From Octopus sinensis (lineage: Eukaryota): a stretch of 64,000 nucleotides of DNA. Both the position numbers and the translations under genes were made by a program. Numbering within the stretch: the stretch's first letter is position 1; every line of letters starts with the position of its first letter. The notes under the pieces are model-generated. The model did not search any database. It had not been told where the DNA came from and saw only the letters and a program-made list of their open reading frames with translations. This document shows positions 43,245-56,678 of the stretch, piece by piece. The stretch covers positions 119,970,001-120,034,000 of the forward strand of contig NC_043002.1 of assembly GCF_006345805.1 (NCBI RefSeq). Direction: 5' to 3'.

Positions 43245-44381
43245 CTTTTATTCTTTTACTTGTTTCAGTCTTTTGACTGTGGTCATGCTGGAGCACCATC
43301 ATTAGTCGAAGAATTCGCCCCCACGACTGTTGCTGTGTAAGCCTAGTACTTATTCTATCGGTCTGTTAGACCGAACCGCTAAGTTTCGGGGGCGTAAACA
43401 CACCAACATCGGTTGTCAAGCGTTGGTGGGGTGGCAGAGACATAGACACACACAGCGACATATACACAGATACACACACACATATATATATATATTCATA
43501 CATACATCATATCATATATATATATATATTATATATATATATATAATATATATAGATATATATAGATAGATAGATATATGTGTATATATATATTATATAT
43601 ATATATATATATAATAATATATATGTATATATATATATATATATATATACATATACACACACATATATATAATACACACACATATATATATATATATATA
43701 TAATATATACATACATCATACATACATACATCACACACACAGATATATTATATATATATATATATATACATATCGATGCGGAGCGAATCATTCATGAGAA
43801 AACATAATTCACGAAAAGATAAGTTACGAAGCTAACATTGACTCTGTTATTATCTAGTGAAACAATTTTAAAACGATAATAACAGGATCAATAATATAGG
43901 CAATTGCAACCCACCCCCCCCCAAAAAAAAAACAACATTAAATTGCTGAAGGATTAAAATTAATCAAGACATACTAAGTATGTCTACCTCCTGGAAATAA
44001 CAGTCAAATTTTTTTTTTTCGCCATAATACACTTAGCTTCGGATGGTTGATTTCTGTAGTTATCATCAGTGTATTTCGGCGATTTAAATAAGAGTTTTGA
44101 CTGTTATTTCCAGCAGGTAAACAGATTTAGCATGTACTTTCATTAATTTTAATCCCACACATACACACACGCACACGCACACAGACACACACACATACAT
44201 ATATATACGACGGGCTTCTTTCAGTTTCACTCTGCCAAATCAGCTCACAAGGCGTTTGTCGGCCCGAGGCTAGAGTATAGAGTAGATGACACTTGCCCAA
44301 GGTACCATGCAGTGGGTGGAACTGAACCCGAAACCTTGTGGTTGGGAAGCCAGCTTCTTACCACACAGCCACGCCTGTGCC
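43245..44381 (-). mobile_element. SINE family A halves (43245-43470, 44200-44381) separated at the internal microsatellite
   Basis: 3' half and 5' half are collinear; intervening expanded (TA)n and a MITE. Confidence 0.6.
43951..44155. mobile_element. Small palindromic MITE-like element
   Basis: GGATTAAAATTAAT...ATTAATTTTAATCC ends; inner CTGGAAATAACAGTCAAA / TTTGACTGTTATTTCCAG pairing. Confidence 0.6.
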
Positions 44382-44496
44382 TTATATATATATATATAAT
44401 ATATATATATATACATATATATATATTATATATATATATATATAAAAACTACATATATATATATATATATAACTATATATATATAGATATATATAT

Positions 44497-44541
<45 letters not shown>

Positions 44542-44740
44542 GCATACATACATACATACAAACATACATACATACATACATATACTTATGTGTGTGTTTG
44601 TGCGCGTGCGTCTGTGTGTGTTGGAGAGTGTATGTATATACATAGTCTCTGAAGATTTAATGTGCACCTTTATTCATTTACAACCAAACACAATCATAGG
44701 CATTTTCTTTTCTATCATATGTAATATATATGTATAGTAA

Positions 44741-45038
44741 AGGCGCGTGGCTTAGTGTTTAAGGCAGTCTGCTCACGATCGTAATATCGTGGTTTCAATT
44801 CCTGGCAACGCGTTGTGTCCTTGAGCAAAACACTTTATTTTCTGAGCTGGCAAAAGTGAGTGGTACCTGTATTTCAAAGGGCCAGCCTTGTAACAATCTG
44901 TGTCATGCTGAATCTCCCTGAGAACTCCGTTAAGGGTACATGTGTCTGTGTAGTACTCAGCCATTTGAACCTTAATTTCACGTGCAAGCTGTTCCGTTGA
45001 TCAGCTGGCACCCTTGTCGTCGTAACCGACGGAGTACT
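44741..45038 (+). mobile_element. tRNA-headed SINE (family B)
   Basis: GGCGCGTGGCTTAGTG...GGTTTCAATTCC head, GTGTCCTTGAGCAAAACAC core, GTCGTAACCGACGGAGT end. Confidence 0.8.
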
Positions 45039-45518
45039 CTTTAGATATATGTATATGTCAATATATAAATCTTGCTGTTGTGCTTAATGTTTACCTGTAG
45101 GAGGCTCATGCGCCTGACACATGATCAAAGATAATCCGGCCATCACCCTATTATTAAAGATAAAGCGTACATAGAAACTCTTTACAATGTTATATTGTCG
45201 ATTTTAGGTTTATATGTCTGCTATTTCTAGCTAGTCGAGTGGCCTTCCTCGCTGGTTCGTTACATACTACCATTAGATAACTGTGTATCCATTCTTTAAT
45301 GTACAATTCCTTTCTGTGTCTTCGCAATGCATAGGCCATTGCATACTCTTCTTGTGATGTTCTCTTTAACCGTGCTAGCTTTTAACTCCATCGAGGAATT
45401 GAGTCTGATGCGCACACACTCACACAGACACACACACACACACACACACAAGCCCCTCCACACACAAACACATGCAAACACAGACTAATACCCCCACACC
45501 AACACCACCCTGAATATA

Positions 45519-46031
45519 TCTATATATATAAAACTGTAGTTGTGTGAGTGTCTGTCCCCTTCGATTTAGATTCCTAACTACTCCCACATTTTGCGGTGGA
45601 GTTTAACCAAATTCGGGTATCTTATAGTCGTGATTCAGATCGAGCCCGTCTCGGTATTAGCGCGCATCTACGATGAGTCTACGATTTTAAAAATAATTTA
45701 ACATCATTTTTTATTCCATTTTAATGCATAATTTTTCGTGTGTCGATGGCGGTGGAGTTGGCGTCCATGGTCACACCTGCACCTGTTTGCTTCTCCCCCT
45801 TCTTTCCTCCCTCGTGAAGCTGTGGGGAAGGGAGTGTAAGGAAATCAACGTCGTAAAGCGTTGTCAAGGAGACCAGCGTTCTTTTAGAACAACGACTTCA
45901 TGGCTTGAAGACACCAAAACAGAAATGGCTAAGAAAGCCCGAATTGGCATCTATAAGGGAAGTAACTCTCTAAAAATGCTTATATAGTTATTTCCCTTAC
46001 AAACACGAGCAACGCCGGGCGATACTGCTAG
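45519..46031 (+). mobile_element. Non-autonomous Helitron
   Basis: A|TC start, same 5' ~200 bp and 3' hairpin + CTAG|T as 7623-8021; different internal segment at ~45735-45950. Confidence 0.85.
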
Positions 46032-46860
46032 TATCTAATATAGCGTTTGTGTTGTCCTTCATTCTTTAAAACTCACAAATGGTTGAAATTGGAGACACAA
46101 GGAAAACAACAGGATTTAGAATTATTGCCGATAAAATGGTGAAATTCACGTTATCACTTATGTTTCAATATATGTTATATGCAAATGTATACATACAGCT
46201 TAAAAACAGGCTTCCTTCAATTGTTGCTCACTTATTTTACTCTTCATTTTATTTATATTATGAGCGGAGACAGTTACAATTTTCACCAACAGATTTGTTT
46301 ATTTCATTACAACTGACACTATCACTCTTTCGCTGTATCTTTCCCCCACCGCTCTCTCTCTCTCTTCTCTATCTCTTTCTCTCGCTCTCTCAATTTCTCT
46401 TTCCCAGTGACTCACTATATCTCTCCCTTCTATCTCGCAACTTGCTCCTGCTGATTTCCATCATCTCTTGCTCCTTTCTATTATGCTATTTTTCGTGCCC
46501 AAACACGTTCGATATTTCCCACTGAGTCAGGTTGAACTTAAAACAAAATAATAATTTTTTTTTCAGTTTCCCTCTCAGCAAGAATCCTCTCTCTTGATTT
46601 CCGTCTATATTTCAAAGACAACTTTTTTTGTAAATACTCCCTACCTGTACATGATTTTCGTGCCAGTATTGTATCTCATTCATATATTTTTCAACCATAA
46701 GATCTGACTTCGTTTTCTTTGGCTTTTTATCCCCGCATTTTCTGGACGAACGATAGAAGTTTTTCCAGCACTCACAGTTATAATTAAACTGGATAAAAAT
46801 TTGGATGACGAATAATACAGCGTATTCATACATACTGTTATTCACTGTTATTTATACAAA

Positions 46861-46949
<89 letters not shown>

Positions 46950-47687
46950 ACTCGCAGGTATGGGTGTGTGGTTAAAAATTTCACTTGGTAACCTGGCAAC
47001 CATGTAGTTTTTGGTGCGATATGCATTGAACAAGTGTCATGCCAAGAAAGTTGTTGCACTAGTTACATCTTTTGAGATAGCAACACACATCGTTGTGTGT
47101 TATGTACTCATGTTTAAATTCATGTCACGTAAAATAGATGTAACCGTTATTTGCATATTTATTCTTAGTACCTCCAAGCAAATCCGGATGCAAAATATGT
47201 TGGGTGCTGTAGAGTACGTCACAGAAGAATAATTTGTTCTCTTTTACGATGATAGTCCCACTGGATTCAACACCACCAGTGTTTCAAGATGTTGTGTTTT
47301 ACCAAACACAAGCACTCGAATTTTTTAAAATTCTAAATCAAATCACCTGCTTTGTTTGCACTTTCAACGAACAAATCGTTTGCTGATCTGTGGTTATATC
47401 TGACAATCGATGTAAATCGTTAATTCCATCGCGTACAGCGGGACCTAAAACGGTTATTTTCATATTTATTCTTGGTACATTTAGGCTGGTTCGGATGCAA
47501 AATGTAATGGTTGCTGAAGTGTACATCGTAAAAAATGATAAGATCCAGGCATAAAAATATGTGCTAGGATCCTTTGATCGACTAACCTTTTACATGCATT
47601 GTACTCACTTATCCCCAGTCGAATGGCTAAAGCTAGTAAAAGAATAATGTGTGTTTGCATATGTATATATATATATATATTATATAT

Positions 47688-48081
47688 GGCGCAGGAGTGG
47701 TAAATAGCTTGCTAACCTACCACATGGTTCCGGGTTCAGTCCAACTGCATGGCATCTTGGGCAAGTGTCTTCTGCTATGGTCCCGGGCTGACCAATGCCT
47801 TGTGAGTGGATTTGGTAGACGGAAACTGAAAGAAGCCTGTCGTATATATGTATATATATATGTATGTGTGTTTGTTTGTGTGTTTGTGTTTGTCCCCCTA
47901 GCATTGCTTGACAACTGATACTGGTGTGTTTATGTCCCCGTCACTTAGCGGTTCGGCAAAAGAGACCGATAGAATAAGTACTGGGCTTACAAAAGAATAA
48001 GTCCCGGGTTCGAGTTGCTCGATTAAAGGCGGTGCTCAAGCATGGCCGCAGTCAAATGACTGAAACAAGTAAAAGAGTAAA
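47688..48081 (+). mobile_element. SINE family A, full length
   Basis: Near-identical to 33980-34385. Confidence 0.9.
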
Positions 48082-49734
48082 GATATATATATATATATAA
48101 ATATATCGAAAGAGAGTGAGAGAGAGAAACTCACACACACACACTCACATACACATGCACATATGTATGTATTTACGCACACATAGAGACATATTTATAT
48201 GCGATGTTTATTTATGTATGGCTTAATATAGGTGGAAACATAAATTTTCACTTTTTATCGACAATAAGTCTGCAATCATTATTTCGGTGTATTGATCGTC
48301 GACCGGTTCTAATGTTTAAAGAAATACAAAAGTTGAAAACACCATATGAAATTACTTTTCCTATCAATATTTATCGTATTTATACACCGACCATATGTCA
48401 TATGGTTACGTATTTCCCTTAATATATACTTGCTCGTCTATCCATTCCACCTGTCCAGCGCTACAATTCATACATTTCTAGGCCTATGAAGTTAATGGCA
48501 AATTGATGTGTTTAGGACATCTGTAAAACTAACGTTTATGTCTGCACCATAAGACCTCAAGCTTCCCACAAATTTCTTCTGTTACTGATGGTTATGAGAA
48601 ACTTCACGTATGAGAAGTGTGTAAATTTCAATAAGAGGTGATATTATCAGTATTCTCTTTAAATGGTTGCTCTCCACGGGTTTAACGAAATATTATATAA
48701 ATGATTTGGTAGAATGGAAAATTTTTATATATTGAACCTAATTAGAAATCCGTCAGAGTAGATATTGATAGCCATCTGTTTGTGCTTCTGATATGGTTCT
48801 ACGTAGTTTTGTTGGCTTTAGTTTGCTTTTACCCGAAAGTGGAATCAATGAAATTAGAGGCTTTACAATTTCAAGATCTACGTCGTTGCAATAGAACAGA
48901 CAAATAAGAAACAGCGTTCCAGTCAGGACTGTCCTGTTTGTCAATGCATATTCAGAAATACGTCATTTACTGTACACTTCCCTTTTTTCAAAACGTCTGC
49001 GTGTGTTGAGGTGAAGATGTGGAAGCTATTTCTAGAAGGTTGATTGACTAAATAATGGATCGTGTTTTGGAATAGCAGTGGTGTATTCTAATCTTATTCC
49101 GTTCTAAGTTTAAAAAAATTATCTTCTTTGTAATTCCAGTCCATTGAAATAATAATTTATTGATTCTTTTGGTAAAATTGTTAAATGACTGAATGTTTAC
49201 ACTACCATACCCAAAATTCAGAAGTGCTGAGACACCAATAATTTACAAGTAGCTATTCACTATTCACTTAAAACTTTATTTTCAGCAATTAGTATTTTCT
49301 TGTATTAATGCAAACTCGACAAGGTACGAACAAAAACATATGAGACGCGTGATATATTAAAACTTTGATAACAATTTTCAATGCTCGCAATTGAGTTATC
49401 ACAACGGCTTAAGCGACAGTAGGCGATTTAGAAACCAGAAAATAAACGGAAATTTACTTAAACTATAGTCTAATTAATCAGTTACAAACTTATGATTACG
49501 TTTAAGAAAAAATATATAGTTATTATGTATTTAAATTCATACGGAAATAATTTATAATGAAGTGACATGAATTTGTGAAACGTACCTGATCAGTTCTGAA
49601 TAGAAGCTGTGTTGGTGTTAGAGGATTAAATTGTCCTGTGACATCATGAAATCAGAACATACTAATTAGACAAGCAGAATCTTTCACTACTTATGACCAC
49701 ATAAACTGTATCACTAGCCTTGACTTATATTAAA

Positions 49735-50580
49735 CTAGCAGCATAGCACGGCGTTGCCCGGGTATGTAAGAGCCCCTAGTAGGCAACAACTAATCCTAAT
49801 CTAGTCCTTTCCCTCTAGGGAACGAAGGCGCATGTGTAGGTTGCAATGTCTTCTCTTCACTCGAATACTTCTGTGTATACGATGTTCCTAGCTGTCCCTT
49901 TGGGCGAAAACATGAAAACATCATTGCGCCTCCCAACGCGTGAACAGCCCACATAGTGTTGACCGTGGGCGAAGCACTGTTCGCCCAACTGTAACCCAGC
50001 GACTTGTAGCGTTTGGCCTTGGGATTTATTGATAAACATTGCGAAGCAGAGTTTAACAGGAAACTGAGAACGCCTGAAGTGGATTGGTAAGTATTGTGGC
50101 CGTTATTAAATGTGGTGGCAAATGTTTCACAACGAGACGTGTGCCGTTGCACTGTTTAGGTGGAACCAAATTCCTGATGAGCATAATGGTTCAAGTGAAT
50201 TCAGGAATTCAACAGGATAATCGGCAAGCTCGGCGGGGTCTGCTGTCCTATCAATAGATTTGTAGACGTGGGCATTACCAGGAATAGCTTCAAGTAGCTG
50301 GCTATTGATGGAGTTGAGAGTTAAAAAGGTCGAGTTGCGTCCCCTAGACAGTCTGTGGTTTGTGTTTCTAATTCTCGACCCCATGTCGAATTTATCAATT
50401 TTTTTCAGATCTGGGGAAACTTTTCAAAATTTTCGCTGTGTCAGTTTTGAATTATGACATTGGGCTATGTGTGTGTCAAGTTTCATCAGAATCGGTTGAA
50501 AGCCGTGGTCAGGGTGAGGGTACAACCTAACAGACACACAGACACGCAGACAGACAAACTGCCTTTTATATATAGAGAGA
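49735..50580 (-). mobile_element. Internally deleted Helitron
   Basis: Minus strand: A|TC start at 50580, GTCT repeats, hairpin CCCGGGCAACGCCG then CTAG|T at 49735; helicase remnants inside. Confidence 0.9.
49857..50325 (-). pseudogene. Helitron RepHel Pif1-family helicase fragments
   Basis: VYKSID...YPVEFLNSLEP and QFPVKLCFAMFINKSQGQTL...GQHYVGCSRVG...NIVYTEVF (helicase motifs V-VI). Confidence 0.9.
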
Positions 50581-51532
50581 TGAAACTGGAGCCAAACGTT
50601 CATTAATATATACTACCTATGCCTACCTAGCATATGCCAATATTTTATATAAACATGTATGTGATTACGTTTGTTTTATCAGTCTGCAGTATTAGTCGTA
50701 TTAAAATCGCTCGAATTTTTGGTCGGTCCAAAATGTATAAAGTATATTTTCCATGCTCAGCATACTTAATTCGTAAAAAAGAAACAAAGAATCTTTCAGA
50801 ATTACCTTTATGGCTTTTAGGTTAATATAAAAATGTCCTATAGCTAAAATACTTAATACTTTAGTTAAATAAAAGACCAAAGTTAGGAGAAGAGTTATCT
50901 GAGCTTTCGAGTAGTTATGTTAACCACTTCGCAAATTTAAAAAGGAATCGTCGTCTCCTTCATTAAGTGGGTGAACAAGACAATGAAATTCGTAAGTGCA
51001 AGTCGAGCATCATGATATATTTTAGAAAAGTGTTTGAAACTTTTCTGTTGATTCGTTACTCTTTCATCCGCATAACTATTCTTCTATATTCACAATATAC
51101 AGACTGGCTAAAACATTGCGAAATGGAGAAAATATTCAACAAAACACTAATCGAAATAAACTAATAAGTACGGGGGGAGTTGTTACTGATATCCTGGCTG
51201 AATGATTCACAGGTTTTATAGGGATATCCTGGGTGGATTTTATCCTTGAAAAAGATCTTCTTGTCTTATTGTTCACTGTTTAGCCGTTTGATATATAAAC
51301 AGGAACAGCGCCCAAGTAGAGTTATCTTCTCTAAGCAAAAAAAGTAATTTTATAAGGGAATAAAAGCTCAACCAAAGTAATGAAATCTGAATTCAGGGCT
51401 AAAAGTGGGTAGTAGGAGGAGAATTGGTCAGTAGTTTATTTTTACTCTGCTAAATCTAACAGTACAAAGTAGTAGAAGGGAACAATCAGAGCAAACTGCA
51501 ACAAAAAGAGACCAAAGCAAAGGGCAACAAAT

Positions 51533-52093
51533 TCTTTTTTACTCTAGGCACACGGGCCGAAATTTTTGGGAAGGGGACCAGTCGATTAGATCGACTCCAG
51601 TACGCAAAAGGTTCTTATTTTAAAGACCCCGGCGGAATTTGAACACAGAACGCAAAAACAGATGAAATACCTATTTCTTTACTACCCAGAAGGGGCTAAA
51701 CACAGAGAGGACAAACAAGGACAGAAAAAACGGATCAAGTCGTATACATCGACCCCAGTGCGTAACTGGTACTTAATTTATCGACCCCGAAAGGATGAAA
51801 GGCAAATTCAACCTCGGTGGAATTTGAACACAGAATGTAAAAACAGACGAAATACCTATTTCTATTTCTTTACTATCCAGAAGAGGCTAAACACAGAGGG
51901 GGCAAACAAGGACAGACAAACGGATTAAGTCGATTATATCGACCCCAGTGCATAATTGGTACTTATTTAATCGACCCCAAAAGGATGAAAGGCAAAGCCA
52001 AACTAGGCGGAATTTGAACTCAGAACGTAGCGGTAGACGAAATACCACTAAGCATTTCGCCCGGCGTGCTAACGTTTCTGCCAGCTCGCCGCC
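51533..52093 (-). mobile_element. SINE family C array: one head plus three tandem body units
   Basis: Units ~51533-51672, 51672-51860, 51862-52093; head CCGGCGTGCTAACGTTTCTGCCAGCTCGCCGCC only at the right end. Confidence 0.8.
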
Positions 52094-52345
52094 TTGCAAA
52101 GGGCAACACATTAGAAGATTGTACTTTAAGTTGAATAAAAACGATAATGGAGAATGTTGATTAAATATCTACAAAGATATGACATGTCACATTTAAATCT
52201 AAATATCGCTAACGATAAACAGAATTCCCTTTCTAAAGAAAAAGAAGTATTGAATTTAACTTGTAAAATAAAAGGTTTAACTGGCTTCAATACAATATAG
52301 TTAAAAGCGAAGCAGATCACAAAGTCTCTAAAACATATGAGCGCA

Positions 52346-52408
<63 letters not shown>

Positions 52409-53140
52409 TATGTGTGTGTGTGTATGTATGTATATACATATGTATATATGTGTGTGTGTATGTGTGTGCATATGTGTGTGTGTGTGTGTTTGTGTATGTA
52501 CATGCATAATTCTCTCAGACAAATTCAAAAGTGCAGGAAACAAGACTAGCTTTGCAAGAATCATTGTTTTGAAATGTTTATGTATGTATATATGAATGGA
52601 CCCACATAGCCTCACAGCACACATATACACTAACACAACACCACACACATACATACATATATTTAGCTATGTCAGTGTGTGCTACGTATTTTCGTATCCA
52701 CTTTGCACCAATGCTTTTAACGAAACAAATTACTAATCCTATGCTAGATTATCTCCTGTTAAGACGATAAGCTGCTCAGAATCTAAACGTATATGTTGAA
52801 GCAGATTTCAAAATAGGAAATGCATATTTTTTTATTTTTATATTTCTTTTTTTGTTTTACTTCTGTCTGATCATAACGTGTTTCAAGAATATGAATCCCT
52901 TTTCAAATACAGTTAACTGCGACTTTATTTCTTTCAGAAAATACATTAGATATATTTTGTTTTTTGTTCAGTAGATAAATCTCATTACCCTTATCTAGCA
53001 ACTTGATTTTTTGACATTCTTTGAAATTTAATCAGAAACAACAGGTTTGAATAGCAAACACTAAGTTATTTAGATATATAAAAGCACTCAAAGACAGATA
53101 CACAGGAATTACTGCATACATACGTACATACATACATACA

Positions 53141-53174
<34 letters not shown>

Positions 53175-53404
53175 CTTACATACATACATACATACACACA
53201 TACATACATACATACATACATACGTGCTTTTGGGTGTATGTCGATAAACATATCTCTCTTTCAATCTTCGCTCGATCCAACGTATTTTGGATAATAGGAA
53301 TATACGAAAGGGTAGACCCTGTCAAGTAATACACGTTTTCATATGAACAGTATATTCGAGTTCACACTGCATGGTTGCATACGCTTTAGTCCAACTTTTA
53401 TTTA

Positions 53405-53595
<191 letters not shown>

Positions 53596-54420
53596 CAACG
53601 TATTTCTGTGCGCATGTATGTGTGTGAGTCTATATCGTCTATAATCCTGAATTCTATCAATAATGGAATAACAATATTTTGTCGCATTAACGGGAAGACT
53701 TTTAGTATTGAACAACATTGAAAAGGAATTGGTTGTGAAAAGGGAATTAAGAGTATTATAATAATGTTTGCAAGTATTTATAGATATGGAGATAATTCTT
53801 TGAGGAATTACGATTAATTTCATTGCAGTTGAATTGTATCCGCAATCGGAAGTGGTTAGAATATATATTTCTAGCTTCACAGAAATAAATGTTCAGCTCC
53901 CCGGTTAGTCTTAACATCTCGAATGGTATCACTTCTTTATGTATAGTTCTGTGGCACGTCGACCTATTCCTCAGTGTGCAACATATATAATTCGACCAAA
54001 TTAAATATCTCTGCTTTCACGAAGCACACAGATACATCGAAGCATTCTTTCCGTATTTCTTAATCTTGATGAAAGTGACGTAAAATGACTCTATCGCTCT
54101 TATTATAAGTCTTATGTATGTTTTACCAAATGTTTAAGAGAAGATATTTAGAGATGGGTGACTAGCGTGCTATAACATTAAACGAGATGGATATGTCTTT
54201 GGATTTCTCCCCCATATTATTAAACCATTTCATTATGGCACTGCTGCAGTTACATCGGGTTGAGTTTGCGGTGTCTCATTTTCTGGGTGTAGGATTTAAG
54301 ATGTGCTATCTAGCAGCTACCAATTCCTTTAGGAATGGGATGGTGAGTCTATAACTTAGATAGGCTATAAGCCTATCTACAAATCATGACACTACAAATA
54401 GGTAGCATATGATAACAATT

Positions 54421-54481
<61 letters not shown>

Positions 54482-54487
54482 TATATA

Positions 54488-54610
54488 TCACGTCACGTGA
54501 TCACGTGACCAACCAGACCATCAGATGTTGCTACACATCGCTGGTCACAATGCGTTCGCATTGTTTTAGCCTTCGAATGACGCCACCCCGCTGGCTAAGC
54601 GAGCAGGCCA
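54488..54610 (-). mobile_element. 5'-truncated SINE 3' end with RTE-like tail
   Basis: Reverse complement GCATTGTGACCAGCGATGTGTAGCAACATCTGATGGTCTGG..TCACGTGAT. Confidence 0.75.
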
Positions 54611-54644
54611 TACATATATATATATATATATATATGTACATATA

Positions 54645-55060
54645 GGCGTAGGAGTGGCTGTGTGGTAAGTAGATTGCTTACCAACCACATGGTTCTGGGT
54701 TCAGTCCCACTGCGTGGCACCTCGGGCAAGTGTCTTCTACTATAGGCTCGGCCGGACCAAAGCCTTGTGAGTGGATTTGGTAGACGGAAACTGAAAGAAG
54801 CCCATCGTATATATGTATATATACATGTGTGTGTGTATGTGTATGTGTGTGTATGTTAGTGTGTCTGTGTGTGTTGCCCCAACATCACTTGACAACCAAT
54901 GCTGGTGTGTTTACGTCCTCGTAACTTAGCGGTTCGGCAAGAGAGACCGATAGAAAAAGTACTAGGCTTACAAAGAATAAGTCCTGGAGTCGATTTGCTC
55001 GACTAAAAAGGCGGTGTTCGAGCATGGCCACAGTGAAATGACTGAAACAAGTAAAAGAGT
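54645..55060 (+). mobile_element. SINE family A, full length
   Basis: GGCGTAGGAGTGGCTGTGTGG head to GACTGAAACAAGTAAAAGAG. Confidence 0.9.
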
Positions 55061-55830
55061 ATACATACATACATACATATATGTCTACAAGTTAGAAGAA
55101 TTTTAGTAAGAATTCTACATTATAACAATAAAAGAATAAGCTTTATGAATTCAACGGAAGACAGGAATTGCTAAAGAATGCGTGAAGCATGAAGTTGACT
55201 GTAAAGTATTTCAAGTGAAGATAAAATATCGTTAAGTTGTATCTCGATTCATGCATGGATTGTATTGGATTTATAAAGATAAATGGATCAGCCTCCGTTG
55301 AATCGCAAACAGAAGTAAAGAATTTTTCACCTTGATCGTTGAAAAGGTACGGGAAAGTAAAACAATGCTGTTCTGCAATACTTTCGGAAGAATCCGAAAT
55401 TGTGTTAGAATCAAAGAAAGTAATATTGAAGTCAATATTCTGACATGCAAATTTTCAAATGCCTAATATATACACAAACATATATTTAACAGATAAACAT
55501 TCAGCTTCCCCTTAGGTTTGTCTTTTCAGATGGTTTAGTTTTGCTGCTGACTTTCAGCGAATCAAATCCCTTCGTTTCCTCCGATCTAATATTGACTAAC
55601 CTCTACTTAAGAAAAAATGCAATGGACGACATTTTTTTTCATATTGGTATATCTACTCACTTCTTGGCGTTGCAGATAATTTGTGTGTGTGTGTGTGCGT
55701 GCGTGTGCGTGTGTGTGCATGTGTGTGTATGTGTGTGTGTTTTATATATACATATAAACATATATATATATATATATTATGTGTGTATATATATATATAT
55801 ATAATATGTATAATATATATATATATATAT

Positions 55831-55864
<34 letters not shown>

Positions 55865-55905
55865 ATATATATATATATATAATATATATATTATATATAT
55901 TATAT

Positions 55906-55937
<32 letters not shown>

Positions 55938-55938
55938 A

Positions 55939-56660
55939 AGGGCTTAATAAAATAAATTACTTTGCCACATACTGAACTTAGTAGAAATAGCAGCCAAAAA
56001 AATTTTCTTAGCATTTCTACTACTTAAAGAAAATTTCTCTCAGATAATGTTTACTCCAGACATCTCACGAAGGTTTGGGGGTAAATACAGAAAAATATCA
56101 CAAGTACATAGATCGTTTGAGTACGTCAACGTTTCAAGATTAGCCAAATAAAATCAGCATTTCTTTCGTCAGCTCAAAATTTCTTAATTTGGATTTGGAA
56201 ACACTAAAAAGAAGGAACTTTACCTATCAGCGAACTTGTCGCTTCAGATGAACCACTCCAACTAAACAGTGTCAACAAATTCAAAATGCGCAGGCGTAAA
56301 ATTCTGCACTCCCCATTCCACCCACGTGGTCTATCTAGCAAACATTATATTTTAACCGCGAGAACCGAGGCAGTATGACCGAGAGAAATGAATTATAATA
56401 TCAACAATTGAGGGTAAAATTAATTAATTAATCAATTTCACCAAGTGTTCAGTATGTAAAAGGACCATTTAAGGCGAATTCAAAATTTTTTTTGGCTGCT
56501 ATTTCTACTAAGTTCAGTATGTGGCAAAGTAATTTATTTTACTAAGCCCTAATTATATAATGTAATATTTTGAATTCGCCTTAAATGGTCCTTTTTACAT
56601 ACTGAACACTTGGTGAAATTGATTAATTAATTAATTTTACCCTCAATTGTTGATATTATA
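55939..56660 (-). mobile_element. Hammerhead-bearing non-coding element (Penelope-like pLTR or retrozyme-like): permuted monomer plus inverted segment
   Basis: Unit 55939-56486 followed by inverted segment 56487-56660 that spans the unit's end-to-start junction; flanked by (TA)n. Confidence 0.75.
56116..56178 (-). ncRNA. Minimal type I hammerhead ribozyme, canonical core
   Basis: TTTGAG [CTGACGA] AAGA-AAT-GCTGA-TTTTAT-TTGGC-TAA-TCTT [GAAA] CGT-TG-ACG [TA] CTCAAA; predicted GUA cleavage between 56122 and 56121. Confidence 0.85.
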
Positions 56661-56678
56661 TATATATATATATATATA

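Noticed and set aside
44741-44810. tRNA-like sequences with A/B boxes
   Set aside because: They are SINE heads with no complete cloverleaf and continue into repeat bodies
51533-52093. Regularly spaced repeats suggesting a CRISPR-like array
   Set aside because: Units are ~190-bp SINE bodies without unique spacers; eukaryotic context and no cas genes
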